Shown: positions 20,045 to 28,883 of the stretch, piece by piece | Layout: the number at the start of each line of letters is the position of its first letter | Position numbering within the stretch: position 1 is the stretch's first letter | Source of the DNA: a virus | Lineage: Duplodnaviria > Caudoviricetes | Length of the DNA stretch: 50,944 nucleotides | Direction: 5' to 3' (one strand) | Virus record (IMG/VR): IMGVR_UViG_3300018071_000003 | Location: 1 to 50,944 of that record | Made by a program: the position numbers and the translations under genes | The notes under the pieces: generated by a model | The model's input: the letters and a program-made list of their open reading frames with translations, nothing else | Database searches by the model: none | What the model was told of the DNA's origin: nothing

Positions 20045-20950
20045 TTAAGCTCCAGCCGTCAGGTAAATAGCCCGCGCATCGGTCCAGCCGAAGCTGTAAC
20101 GAGACGTAGCCTTATACTTGGCGTTATCAGTATCAAAGTCGTTGTCGTTGGCGAAATCGTCAGCGCGACGCTCAAAATACTTCAGGCCGTTATCAACATT
20201 AGTGCGAATAAACCAAGCATCAACGTCCGTCAAATAGTGATTTACCGTCACACCCATTGGAAGGCGAGAACGAACCACGTTTACCGTGTTATTCGCTGTA
20301 TCCACTTGGTATTCAGTCTTCAAAATCTTGTTGGCCTCAAAATCAAGGTCAACAGGGACAATGAGAGACTGCGGCATCACACTAATTTTCATACCGCGAT
20401 CATCAGTGTACTTCGCAATGTCGATCACTGCTTGTTCCAAAGACGCTTCGGAAAGATCAACAGGCACGGACGGAAGGTTAGACCAAGTTCCACCCGCCAC
20501 GTTTACGTGGGAAGCAGAGCCAAGGGATACCGCATCCCCACCAACGTAGCTGCTGTTAAACGCCCTATTATAGACGTTGGCCCCTACTGTTTCTTTCGTT
20601 TGCCTTAAGGAACGGGCAAGACCTTTTGCTTTACGTTCTCCAACTAATGCATATTGGTCATCTTCCACCATGTTGCGGGTGATGATGAAACCAAGGGCAT
20701 ATTCAACGTGTGTGTAGCGAGAGACGAACCCTTGAATTTCGGTGTCGTACGCAACTGGAGCGCCTTCACCTTTTTGCTGAGCAAGTCCAAAACTCGAAAT
20801 CAGCACATCTTCTTCCCATGCTTTGTTGGATTTGTACGTATCAAATAACTTCGTATACTCGACAGGGTATTCGCTATAGCCTTTACCATACCAAGCATTT
20901 ACGCCGGGCCAGAGGGCCTTAGCGAAATTACCAGTTGTGATAATAGCCAT
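20045..20950 (-). CDS. Major capsid protein
   Basis: MAIITTGNFAKALWPG, K.EGA.V.YD, Y.H..YALGF.IT, LSE.SLE, L.VP, NHYLTD.DAWF, RYSFGW.D.R: widespread HK97-fold capsid family. Confidence 0.9.
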   Translation of the reverse strand: MAIITTGNFAKALWPGVNAWYGKGYSEYPVEYTKLFDTYKSNKAWEEDVLISSFGLAQQKGEGAPVAYDTEIQGFVSRYTHVEYALGFIITRNMVEDDQYALVGERKAKGLARSLRQTKETVGANVYNRAFNSSYVGGDAVSLGSASHVNVAGGTWSNLPSVPVDLSEASLEQAVIDIAKYTDDRGMKISVMPQSLIVPVDLDFEANKILKTEYQVDTANNTVNVVRSRLPMGVTVNHYLTDVDAWFIRTNVDNGLKYFERRADDFANDNDFDTDNAKYKATSRYSFGWTDARAIYLTAGA

Positions 20951-20951
20951 A

Positions 20952-21548
20952 TTAAGCTCCTGTAGTCGATTTCAGATCGTGTTCATTGATCATGACAAGA
21001 ATCTTGGCCAACGCACCAATTGCGTTGTCAGGTCTCTTAACAAGAGAAAGAATACGAATCTGAGCGGTAGCCGTCTTGTGATCACTGGAATCAAGCATCA
21101 TTCCAGATTGACCAGTTGTGGTGGAACCCGCATTGACGATGATATCAGCATTTTCACCGAAATCAACGGCAGCGAGAGCAGCACCAAGACTATCCTCTTG
21201 AACTTCAAAAATTGCGTTCGGCGAGTCACACACCAACGCTACTCTGTTGGTAGAAGCAACTCGGTGAAGCACTGTTAGATCAGATTGCAAAGGCAAGAAA
21301 CCAACCACCACGCCTCGCAGTTGATCCCCTGCAGCGGCCTGAATAACAGTTGGCACACCTTCCATATCTTGACCATTTACCGTAACGCCAGCAGCACCAG
21401 TGGTACCTCCAGCCTTCACTGCGTCACCAACAAACAATGCCGTGCCATCAGCCGCGGGCACGAGATATTGGTTTACAGCACCATTAGGAGAAGCACCATC
21501 AGCCATACCGACGAAACGGAACCCGTTAGGTCTATTTGTATTAGCCAA
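20952..21548 (-). CDS. Capsid cement/decoration protein
   Basis: MAN.NRPNGFR...LFVGDAV...DSPNAIFEVQ...INEH; family usually found directly upstream of this capsid type. Confidence 0.7.
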   Translation of the reverse strand: MANTNRPNGFRFVGMADGASPNGAVNQYLVPAADGTALFVGDAVKAGGTTGAAGVTVNGQDMEGVPTVIQAAAGDQLRGVVVGFLPLQSDLTVLHRVASTNRVALVCDSPNAIFEVQEDSLGAALAAVDFGENADIIVNAGSTTTGQSGMMLDSSDHKTATAQIRILSLVKRPDNAIGALAKILVMINEHDLKSTTGA

Positions 21549-21609
21549 AGTAAATTACCTCATAAATAAAAGTTAAACAAAAGTATGAGTAGACCCAACG
21601 AAAGCAAAC

Positions 21610-21999
21610 CTACTTCTTACGGCTAATCTTTAAAGTACCGTAATCTTTTGCAGCTTCAGCAGAAGCTCTCATTGTGGCTTCCAAGGCATCAATTTCGTCT
21701 TGTTTAGCCTTTTGATCTTCGTCATACCATTCCTTCGGGATTCTCATAAGAACTAGGGTGGAACTCCCTCGGGTCTGAGTATAAGCAGATGCCAATCTAG
21801 TACCCTTATCTACAGCGGGTTGACCAACTTCATGGTCTCTGACGACGACTTCATAGCCGCCCTGCTTAAATATATCAATACGGCCTATATCGTCTCTTAC
21901 CCATCTGTACGAATAATTTGGATCTAAATCAGGAACACTCAGAATGCTCCTAGGCCCACCTACGGGGATTCTTTCGACACGTTGTTCACGTTTAGTCAT
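21610..21999 (-). CDS. Conserved head-assembly-region protein
   Basis: YSYRWVRD...GGYEVV...LVLMRIPKEWYDED motif; lies between scaffold and capsid genes. Confidence 0.7.
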   Translation of the reverse strand: MTKREQRVERIPVGGPRSILSVPDLDPNYSYRWVRDDIGRIDIFKQGGYEVVVRDHEVGQPAVDKGTRLASAYTQTRGSSTLVLMRIPKEWYDEDQKAKQDEIDALEATMRASAEAAKDYGTLKISRKK

Positions 22000-22001
22000 G
22001 A

Positions 22002-22823
22002 TTATTTACCTCTCGCTTTTTTGAGATCCTCTTTGTATTTCTCTTCTGTGAGAACTCCCTGTCTAACCAGGGTCTTCATAATTTCAACTTCCATCTCATC
22101 TAACACAACTTCATCCTTTTTCTGGACTTGACGACTAGCTGTTTTATCAACTACCGTTGTTGGATTAGAAGCAACTCTTTTTACCCCAAACTTATCGGGA
22201 AACTGTTTTCTAAGTTTTTGATCAATGTATCGAAGTACATCATCCGGCTTTGCATTTGGGGTTTTTGACATATAGATAAACCCAGTAGCATCCGCATATT
22301 CTCGTAAATCTGAGTCAGTATCATACCATCTATTATCAGCTTTCCATGCCTCAAATTCAGGTGGTGCTGAAGCTTGTGCTTGTTGAGCAGCTTGGACCAT
22401 ATTATCACGGTCTTTCTGGAACTGAGTTTTAACTTCCTCAATTTCCTCATCAATAGCATTTACTCTATCGAGGTCTTCTGATCTAAGCGCTTCGCGCTTT
22501 TCCTTCTTCAAATCAGTGACAGCTTGTTGATGAGCTTTTTCAAACACATATTGATGGTGTCGTTGCAGTGCCGTAAGAGCAGCTTGGGTTTGTTTAAGGT
22601 CTCGCTTCGTTTGATGAATTGTCTTGAACAATTCACCACGATCTACGAACTCCTTGGCTGGTCTCCATTCATCAAGACTTTTGCCTTCAGCTTCCCACTT
22701 GTCTTTCGGCATCCAACCTTGTTCGGCTGCTTGTATTTCAACCTCGGTTGGTTCAACAACTTTTACTTCCTCTTTTATTTCTTCTTTCTTTTCTTCTTTT
22801 ACTTCCTTAACCTCTTCAGTCAT
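22002..22823 (-). CDS. Capsid scaffolding protein
   Basis: Acidic N-terminus, GW.PK..W, coiled coil, W...N.WY, basic C-tail; position. Confidence 0.75.
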   Translation of the reverse strand: MTEEVKEVKEEKKEEIKEEVKVVEPTEVEIQAAEQGWMPKDKWEAEGKSLDEWRPAKEFVDRGELFKTIHQTKRDLKQTQAALTALQRHHQYVFEKAHQQAVTDLKKEKREALRSEDLDRVNAIDEEIEEVKTQFQKDRDNMVQAAQQAQASAPPEFEAWKADNRWYDTDSDLREYADATGFIYMSKTPNAKPDDVLRYIDQKLRKQFPDKFGVKRVASNPTTVVDKTASRQVQKKDEVVLDEMEVEIMKTLVRQGVLTEEKYKEDLKKARGK

Positions 22824-23115
22824 CTGTATACCCCACTAGGATATCCTTGTCATTACAAATGATAAGGAACTCGTCACCTACTTTAATTGTTTTAGCCCCA
22901 TAATGAGAGTAAAACACCTTGTCACCTACTTTAAGGTCTGGTTTCTGTGGCAAATCATACCAAGCGGCTGGACCAATCATAAATATTTCTCCGCGATCTG
23001 TATTAATCGCTTGTGTCCTGTCGTCTCTTGCTATGACAATACCACCCTTACTTACTTTCTCAATTAGGGGTTTGAGAAGTACCCGTTCAGCTAGCGTCTC
23101 CGCTTGAAACTTCAT
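22816..23115 (-). CDS. groES: GroES/Cpn10-like co-chaperonin
   Basis: RVLLKP...SKGGIVI (mobile loop)...G.I..IGP...LKVGDKVFYSHYG...I..DKDIL; likely ATG at 23115. Confidence 0.85.
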   Translation of the reverse strand: MKFQAETLAERVLLKPLIEKVSKGGIVIARDDRTQAINTDRGEIFMIGPAAWYDLPQKPDLKVGDKVFYSHYGAKTIKVGDEFLIICNDKDILVGYTDD

Positions 23116-23329
23116 CTTCTGGTTCTCCCTCTTGGTAGTCAAACTCTGGTTCCCACGCTGCCATTTCTCGGAATGCGTGTATCATGCCCTTAAGAAAACG
23201 ATCAAATTCTGCATCACTGGAATCGACGATTTGACCCATCGCCTCATCCATCCGTTCATTTAGAACTTCCTTTAGAACTTCCGTTACCGGATGATTTTGC
23301 CACTCCACCACTTGCTCTTTGCTTAGCAC
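23087..23329 (-). CDS. Conserved small portal-downstream protein
   Basis: GTG start with GGAGG SD; W..HPVT motif, helical. Confidence 0.65.
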   Translation of the reverse strand: MLSKEQVVEWQNHPVTEVLKEVLNERMDEAMGQIVDSSDAEFDRFLKGMIHAFREMAAWEPEFDYQEGEPEDEVSSGDAS

Positions 23330-23699
23330 TCGCTGCCTCCTTTCGCTTTCTCCAAAACTCTTTTTGCCATCCACCGCGCCCCGGTTTTATCTTCCAAGCT
23401 GCAATTACTTCTTCTATTTTAGAACGCCGTCTAATTCCCAACATTGTATATAATGTAAACATCCAACTAATAGCTTTTTTACCAAATATTTGTGCACAAT
23501 ATTGGGTTTTACGATTATTTTCTTTTTCACGATTATATGTATAATATGAAATTTTCCAATATTTAGATAATCGTTCAATAATATCTTTATCTGTCATTCT
23601 AACAACAATACATGGACTACCTTGGCGACCTACACCTTGAATACAACCTTCACCTTCCACAATTCCTGCAATCCAATTAAGATTTGGAACCGTTACCAT
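23256..23699 (-). CDS. Free-standing single-motif LAGLIDADG homing endonuclease
   Basis: WIAGIVEGEGCI LAGLIDADG-like motif, VRMTDKDII; AT-rich relative to flanks. Confidence 0.8.
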   Translation of the reverse strand: MVTVPNLNWIAGIVEGEGCIQGVGRQGSPCIVVRMTDKDIIERLSKYWKISYYTYNREKENNRKTQYCAQIFGKKAISWMFTLYTMLGIRRRSKIEEVIAAWKIKPGRGGWQKEFWRKRKEAASAKQRASGGVAKSSGNGSSKGSSK

Positions 23700-25800
23700 T
23701 TTTTGATTTTATATTTTGTTGTTCTTTAAGCTGTTTCATCTTCTGTTGATGCTGTGCTTCATTCTGCTGTAACTTCTGTTGATGTTGTGTTGCACCTTGA
23801 GTTAATTGTTGTCTATGCTCAACATTACCCATTGCCATTTCCCTAGCCAACGTCATTGCATCAAGATTGTCTTGACGAACTTGGTGCTCTGCATCCATTT
23901 TAAATTTCATATCTTCAAATTGCAACTTCATCTGTGCTGATGCTGCATCAAACTTCTGCTGCATCATTTCTTCTTGTTGCTTAAACTGGAGTTTCATTTG
24001 CTCTCCAGCCATATCCATCTGATGAGATTCTTTGTCCATTTGCATCTTGGCCTGCATCTGTGCCACCTTTGGATCAGGAGGAGGAGCAGGTTGTTGCATC
24101 AAGACTTCAATGTTTGGTTGTTCTTGAGCTTCTAAACTACGCTTGGTTACTTCCATTACATTCAATGTACCGAGCTGCATGAGCTGCATTAACCCTTCAA
24201 CCTTCAAAAGCTTCTGGGTGGAACTCACTGCAGTTGGATCCGCTGTAGGACACACATCATAACTCTTCATATCATAGTCTTGAATCGTAATTGGAGCATC
24301 AAGAATATGCAGGGCTTTTTCAATATTCTCAGCATAAATCGAGTTAAGTCGAAAGAGTTTCTCAAATTCTTTACTCAGACTCCGATAAACACGTTTGTAA
24401 ATGGCCGTGAAAACCTTCATTCCTTGCTCAATTGTAGCCATTGTCGTAGTTGCCGGAGTATTCTGTCCGGGCATCTTACCAACGAAAATCTCAGCTACTG
24501 AAGCAAGTTTCTCACTAGATTCGATTACTAAACCAAGTAATTTGAACAAAACCTCAGACGGCTCCTTCACGGGAATCGGGAAAATCTGTTTCTTAATGTC
24601 GTCACCAGTTGCGGGCACACTCTTCCACTCTCCAGGCTGGAATCGATTGTCCCCCATTTTCAACTTAAGTCCCTTACCTATAAAACCTGATTGAAGATTA
24701 GCAAGAGTACCAGCGTCAATAAGTTGATTAATAATAGTGTTGGCTGATTCGTTAAGAGGGCCAAGTAAATGCCCAAACCCAACGCTATAAAAGCCCCCGT
24801 CAGGATTAGGAATGAAATCATACTTAGTATAATATTCTACAGGCTCAATACAGACAAGCTTACCATCAGCAGTAGTAACAATACCATCTGAATCGAAACG
24901 TGCGACGATACGTAAAACCTGCTTTGAGTCTTCCTCAATAGTGATAATGTAGGGTTCAGCATATCCATCCTCATCCATGTCCCAATAGGTATGTTGTTCT
25001 AGAATAACATATGGAGTTGTTTCATCTGTCCGAGAAGGCGACACAGCTTTATGCACATCTGCTTTGGAAGGCAAAGCTGGATTCGACTTGGGCTCAGGTA
25101 ATTCACATTCACAATACAAACCTGCATTCTGCATCGACTTGATTTGATTCTTCGTCATCGGAATGATTTCCGTCTTCCGATAGGCGCTCTCTAATCCAGA
25201 TGCCCAATAGTTGACTACCAAATCTTTTGGACCAAGAAGCTTGCTACAATTTTTCTTCCTAATTGAGTCCCAATAGGTCTTCTTAAACAAGCATCCTACA
25301 ATTGGTAGTTGAATAAGAAGTTTATCCATATCTTCTTCCCAACCTGACATATCCTTTAAAATCTGGTAATTCATGTGTTGTGCAAGACGCTCGGCTTTAG
25401 CGGCCTTTTGTCCTTGCTGATCCACACCAATTACTTTCATCTGTACAACTTTACCATCAGCCGGTACGAGAGCTGGATAAGCTCTAGCTGCAAATTGCAT
25501 AGCCGCTGTACTGAGAAGAGGATACTTAACGTTCGCAGCTTTGGGCCACGGCCAGGACTTTTCTTCCTTTATCTGGGCTGCCAACTTCACCCAGACATCT
25601 ACCAATTTATCCCACTCCTGTTTAGAGTCCAAATCAAGTTTGTAACCATTATAAACTATATCGCTGATTTCTTCTAGTTTATCTTCATCTAGATGTTCAG
25701 CAATGTTGGCTTCTTCAAGAAGCCGGTTTAAACTGGTATCAGTAGCCGGTTGTTGCTGACCGGCCTGATTCAAAGAGTCCGCTGGATTGTAAGTCGGCAT
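23677..25800 (-). CDS. Portal protein
   Basis: 707 aa after terminase; PWP.AANVKYPL...AMQFAARAY, GFY..GFG.LL, QLIDAGTL.N, TT.A.IEQG.KVF..I.KR; Gln/Met-rich C-terminal barrel. Confidence 0.9.
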   Translation of the reverse strand: MPTYNPADSLNQAGQQQPATDTSLNRLLEEANIAEHLDEDKLEEISDIVYNGYKLDLDSKQEWDKLVDVWVKLAAQIKEEKSWPWPKAANVKYPLLSTAAMQFAARAYPALVPADGKVVQMKVIGVDQQGQKAAKAERLAQHMNYQILKDMSGWEEDMDKLLIQLPIVGCLFKKTYWDSIRKKNCSKLLGPKDLVVNYWASGLESAYRKTEIIPMTKNQIKSMQNAGLYCECELPEPKSNPALPSKADVHKAVSPSRTDETTPYVILEQHTYWDMDEDGYAEPYIITIEEDSKQVLRIVARFDSDGIVTTADGKLVCIEPVEYYTKYDFIPNPDGGFYSVGFGHLLGPLNESANTIINQLIDAGTLANLQSGFIGKGLKLKMGDNRFQPGEWKSVPATGDDIKKQIFPIPVKEPSEVLFKLLGLVIESSEKLASVAEIFVGKMPGQNTPATTTMATIEQGMKVFTAIYKRVYRSLSKEFEKLFRLNSIYAENIEKALHILDAPITIQDYDMKSYDVCPTADPTAVSSTQKLLKVEGLMQLMQLGTLNVMEVTKRSLEAQEQPNIEVLMQQPAPPPDPKVAQMQAKMQMDKESHQMDMAGEQMKLQFKQQEEMMQQKFDAASAQMKLQFEDMKFKMDAEHQVRQDNLDAMTLAREMAMGNVEHRQQLTQGATQHQQKLQQNEAQHQQKMKQLKEQQNIKSKNGNGSKS

Positions 25801-27250
25801 TATAGATTTCGTCGTTTATCTCTTCTTTAGTTGGTGCTTCAACCATCTTATTCAATATCAACCCAAGATATGCAAAAGCATCAACTTGGTCATCATGCTT
25901 GTCCCGAGGGAATCTTATCAACTCCTCTTGAAAAATCTGGAACCAATCTCCATCTTTCTCGAAGCGTATCGCGCGAGCACGCATTCTTGCCTGTATACTT
26001 CGTGCTCGTTGCATCTTATCCGTCGAAGGTTTCATCCCAAGCATGTTAGGATAAATACCTCGTTTAATCATTTCTTCGTGAAGAAAAGGTCCAATTGCCT
26101 TACTAATCTGCCCCTCTTCAATTGCAAACACTTCTGGTTTGTACAAGTTCTCAAGAGCAAACATACAATCTACAATTTCCAAACCATTCATTCGTTCTCT
26201 TACGACATTAACAATGTGCAAGATACCAAGTTCATCTAATCCACCAATTACGAAGGCGGTGTAGTCGGCTCTATCTCTTTCACTGACTGCCAAATCACAG
26301 GCGATGTAATAACGTAACGCTTTCTTTCTGTCTTCCTCAAGGCGTGGTATAAAGTCATTTCTTTTGAAATATGCGGTGGACTCGTCGATTGGTATGTTAA
26401 GGTATTCCTGGGAGTAAATCTCGGGCAAACCTTGTGCAACATATTTATCATACTCTGCTCGAAGCCATGCTTCATCGCGCTTATCAGCCCAGAGAAGATG
26501 TTCAAAGGTTTCGTCATGGGCTTTATACTTTACAGACAACCACGGGAGTCGGAACTTGGTAGATGTCTTGAGTGGTTCGACAACCAGTTCTTTCGGACGA
26601 CGACGTTCGGAAAGTTGATACTCCGGCATCAGTCTCTCCAACAGGCTGTCCATGTGTAAAATCGTACCAACCACCCGGACTAGTCCATTGTCTGAACGCA
26701 ACGGGAGCAAAGCTCCGAAAAACCATTTCCGGAATTTCTCCCGCCTGTCTTTGTTTATTACGCATTCATCCTCTTCAATGTCATCACAAACAATTAAATC
26801 AGGTCTTTTAGCTGCCCACTTCGCACCACGAAGTTGCTGCTCAGCCCCCTTAGCCATAACCCTAAATCTATGTCCATCGGGCATTTCCACAATTATGTCT
26901 GTCTCAGCATCTTTTAAGAACTTAGGAATACCAAACAATAGATGTATATTAGTATTGTCTTTAAGTTCATTCTTCAAATCATTAAGAAACAAAATGGCTT
27001 GTGCCTCAGTGCCTGAGATTAGGAGTATAAACTTGCGTTCTCTAAAGAGGGCACAAGCCAGCACATAACTGTGTGTAATTGCAGTTGACTTGGCAAATCC
27101 TCTAGGTGCAGCTATCGCTACAAACGGATTCTTAGAACAGCACAAACTCCACATCTCTCGATGGAAGTCGGGAATTGGAGCCGGTTGATCAAACTTCTTA
27201 AGAAGGACCGAACCTACAAATCCCTCTACAGTTTCACTAGTAATACTCAC
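25739..27250 (-). CDS. terL: Terminase large subunit
   Basis: Walker A APRGFAKST, Walker B LIVCDDIE, VVGT coupling motif, nuclease ACDLA...HDDQVDA. Confidence 0.95.
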   Translation of the reverse strand: MSITSETVEGFVGSVLLKKFDQPAPIPDFHREMWSLCCSKNPFVAIAAPRGFAKSTAITHSYVLACALFRERKFILLISGTEAQAILFLNDLKNELKDNTNIHLLFGIPKFLKDAETDIIVEMPDGHRFRVMAKGAEQQLRGAKWAAKRPDLIVCDDIEEDECVINKDRREKFRKWFFGALLPLRSDNGLVRVVGTILHMDSLLERLMPEYQLSERRRPKELVVEPLKTSTKFRLPWLSVKYKAHDETFEHLLWADKRDEAWLRAEYDKYVAQGLPEIYSQEYLNIPIDESTAYFKRNDFIPRLEEDRKKALRYYIACDLAVSERDRADYTAFVIGGLDELGILHIVNVVRERMNGLEIVDCMFALENLYKPEVFAIEEGQISKAIGPFLHEEMIKRGIYPNMLGMKPSTDKMQRARSIQARMRARAIRFEKDGDWFQIFQEELIRFPRDKHDDQVDAFAYLGLILNKMVEAPTKEEINDEIYNADLQSSGLFESGRSATTGY

Positions 27251-27402
27251 TTCTTATTCTTATGTGGCCCGCTTGCCCTTGGTTTCTGTTCAACATGTTG
27301 AGGCAATTTACCTTGAGACGGATATTCCTTATCCCATCGCTTTGCAATGTCAGGATGATTGATATGCATGAAAGCTGCTTGAGCCTTACTTTTGTACGGC
27401 AT
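27247..27402 (-). CDS. Small basic phage protein (51 aa, not in ORF track)
   Basis: MPYKSKAQAAFMHINHPDIAKRWDKE..., a common small phage protein pattern; stop overlaps the terL start. Confidence 0.7.
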   Translation of the reverse strand: MPYKSKAQAAFMHINHPDIAKRWDKEYPSQGKLPQHVEQKPRASGPHKNKK

Positions 27403-27565
27403 TAGGCACCCTACACTCAAAATATTGCCCCGGAGTAATATCCCATTTATATTGAATCATTGCAGTTTCACAATCTGTCTTAGATGTATATTGTCCATAT
27501 TCTTTTACGAGAGGATCAGAACAACTCATAAGTGTTACAATGATTAACGTCCACATTGGAGCCAT
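27386..27565 (-). CDS. Putative small lipoprotein/exported protein (59 aa, not in ORF track)
   Basis: MAPMWTLIIVTLMSC lipobox-like signal, two further Cys. Confidence 0.5.
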   Translation of the reverse strand: MAPMWTLIIVTLMSCSDPLVKEYGQYTSKTDCETAMIQYKWDITPGQYFECRVPNAVQK

Positions 27566-27570
27566 AGCAA

Positions 27571-27846
27571 CTATTTCATCCTGGCATTCTTAGTTCTATT
27601 AAAAGATCTATTCCTATGAGCAGAAATAGCACGAGTATTCCCAAGGACATTAGAACCCCCTTTAATAAGAGGATTAATATGATCAACATCGGTTGACCCA
27701 GATAGATTCCCATGAACTGACTCATACTTACGTCGTGCCTGATTTCTTAACGAACGATTGTGTATCTGTTTAGGCTTCCCTTGGTAGTTCAGATACTCCC
27801 GCTTATAATTACGTGTTTGTGTCTTGTGTGACCGGCTCTGCGGCAT
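27571..27846 (-). CDS. Terminase-associated HNH endonuclease
   Basis: RNYKREY...DVDHINPL..GGSN...N.R......NRS. Confidence 0.8.
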   Translation of the reverse strand: MPQSRSHKTQTRNYKREYLNYQGKPKQIHNRSLRNQARRKYESVHGNLSGSTDVDHINPLIKGGSNVLGNTRAISAHRNRSFNRTKNARMK

Positions 27847-28330
27847 CTGTTATGTCCTTCATTCTTTTCTTAGCCATTTGTTCAAACTCCTTGGCTAAGT
27901 TCTTCAAAATATCTGCGACGGCTTCTTGACTCTGTGCATCCTTGGGCTGCTTACGCAGCAACAAGCGTTTGTCCACCATGTCTACCATAACCTTGTTAGT
28001 ATCTTTCATACCAACAGGTTTACGGATGAAGGTACCTGTTTTGGGGTCATACAGGAAATCCCCATTCTCCAACCTGTCCCAAATTACATCCAGAGCCTTA
28101 TCTATTCGTTTAGAGAGTTTGGTGTCTAGTTGTTGATCAGTTTCCGTTTGAACCGAAATTTCAATTTCTTTCCACCAAGGTTGGGTACGCCATTGACGAA
28201 TGGTACCTTCTGGTACATTCGTACACCCAGACGTAAGAACAATGTTTCCAAGAGCCAACCAAGTGGTGACCACCTCGATTCGCTTCTTGTCAGACCACCA
28301 TTCACCTTCTTTGTGATTTCCGTCACTCAT
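27809..28330 (-). CDS. terS: Terminase small subunit
   Basis: N-terminal HTH (WSDKKRIEVV...VP..TIRQW...PWW), helical oligomerisation region, upstream of terL. Confidence 0.7.
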   Translation of the reverse strand: MSDGNHKEGEWWSDKKRIEVVTTWLALGNIVLTSGCTNVPEGTIRQWRTQPWWKEIEISVQTETDQQLDTKLSKRIDKALDVIWDRLENGDFLYDPKTGTFIRKPVGMKDTNKVMVDMVDKRLLLRKQPKDAQSQEAVADILKNLAKEFEQMAKKRMKDITDAAEPVTQDTNT

Positions 28331-28425
28331 GACTTAGGTTCTCTGTAATTGTGGGTCTTGCCAATCTTGAGGGTTACGGGGAGGATCATCTGTACGCGGT
28401 TCCCATTCCCCTTTAGGTTCCGAAA

Positions 28426-28740
28426 CTACTTTGGGGATAGTGGGAGCATTCCCAAATCACCGCTGTCATCAACTATAAAGGTTGCTTCCCCAGATTCCGA
28501 GTCTTTGTAACAAAACTGTCGTTTTGGAGAAGCGTCAGTAAACACCACTTCTCCAGCTTTCATAACTTCTACAATTGGTTTTGGTACACCAACTCTAGAA
28601 GCAATGGATAAGACTTCCTTATTCTTGCAAGGAGTATCATAGAATGTAGCTGTGAAGGTGTCTTCTTTAATTACTCGGACAACTTTAGGAGAACAGGCAA
28701 CTAGGAATAGAGATAGGATAAGAAGAAGGGCTAGTCTCAT
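28426..28740 (-). CDS. Lipoprotein (first gene of late operon)
   Basis: MRLALLLILSLFLVAC signal II/lipobox; GAGGT SD. Confidence 0.75.
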   Translation of the reverse strand: MRLALLLILSLFLVACSPKVVRVIKEDTFTATFYDTPCKNKEVLSIASRVGVPKPIVEVMKAGEVVFTDASPKRQFCYKDSESGEATFIVDDSGDLGMLPLSPK

Positions 28741-28788
28741 AAGACCTCAAGGTTAGATGAAAATTACAAATACTTACTCTATATCTAC

Positions 28789-28817
28789 ATTATAGCATAA
28801 ATTATTATAATATGCAA
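28789..28817 (-). promoter_or_regulatory. Sigma70-type promoter driving the structural arm
   Basis: TTGCAT-17 nt-TATAAT with extended -10 TG. Confidence 0.7.
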
Positions 28818-28825
28818 GAAATAAC

Positions 28826-28854
28826 TTGACAAGATGTCATTTTCGTGATATAAT
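28826..28854 (+). promoter_or_regulatory. Sigma70 consensus promoter (divergent)
   Basis: TTGACA-17 nt-TATAAT. Confidence 0.8.
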
Positions 28855-28883
28855 AGATGTGTGTCAAATATAAAGGAGAGATA

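Noticed and set aside
20030-20075. T7-like frameshift extension of the major capsid protein
   Set aside because: No slippery heptamer before the stop, and a hairpin and a separate SD-led gene follow
2029-27068. Numerous plus-strand ORFs within the structural arm
   Set aside because: Antisense shadows of long minus-strand genes with clear motifs
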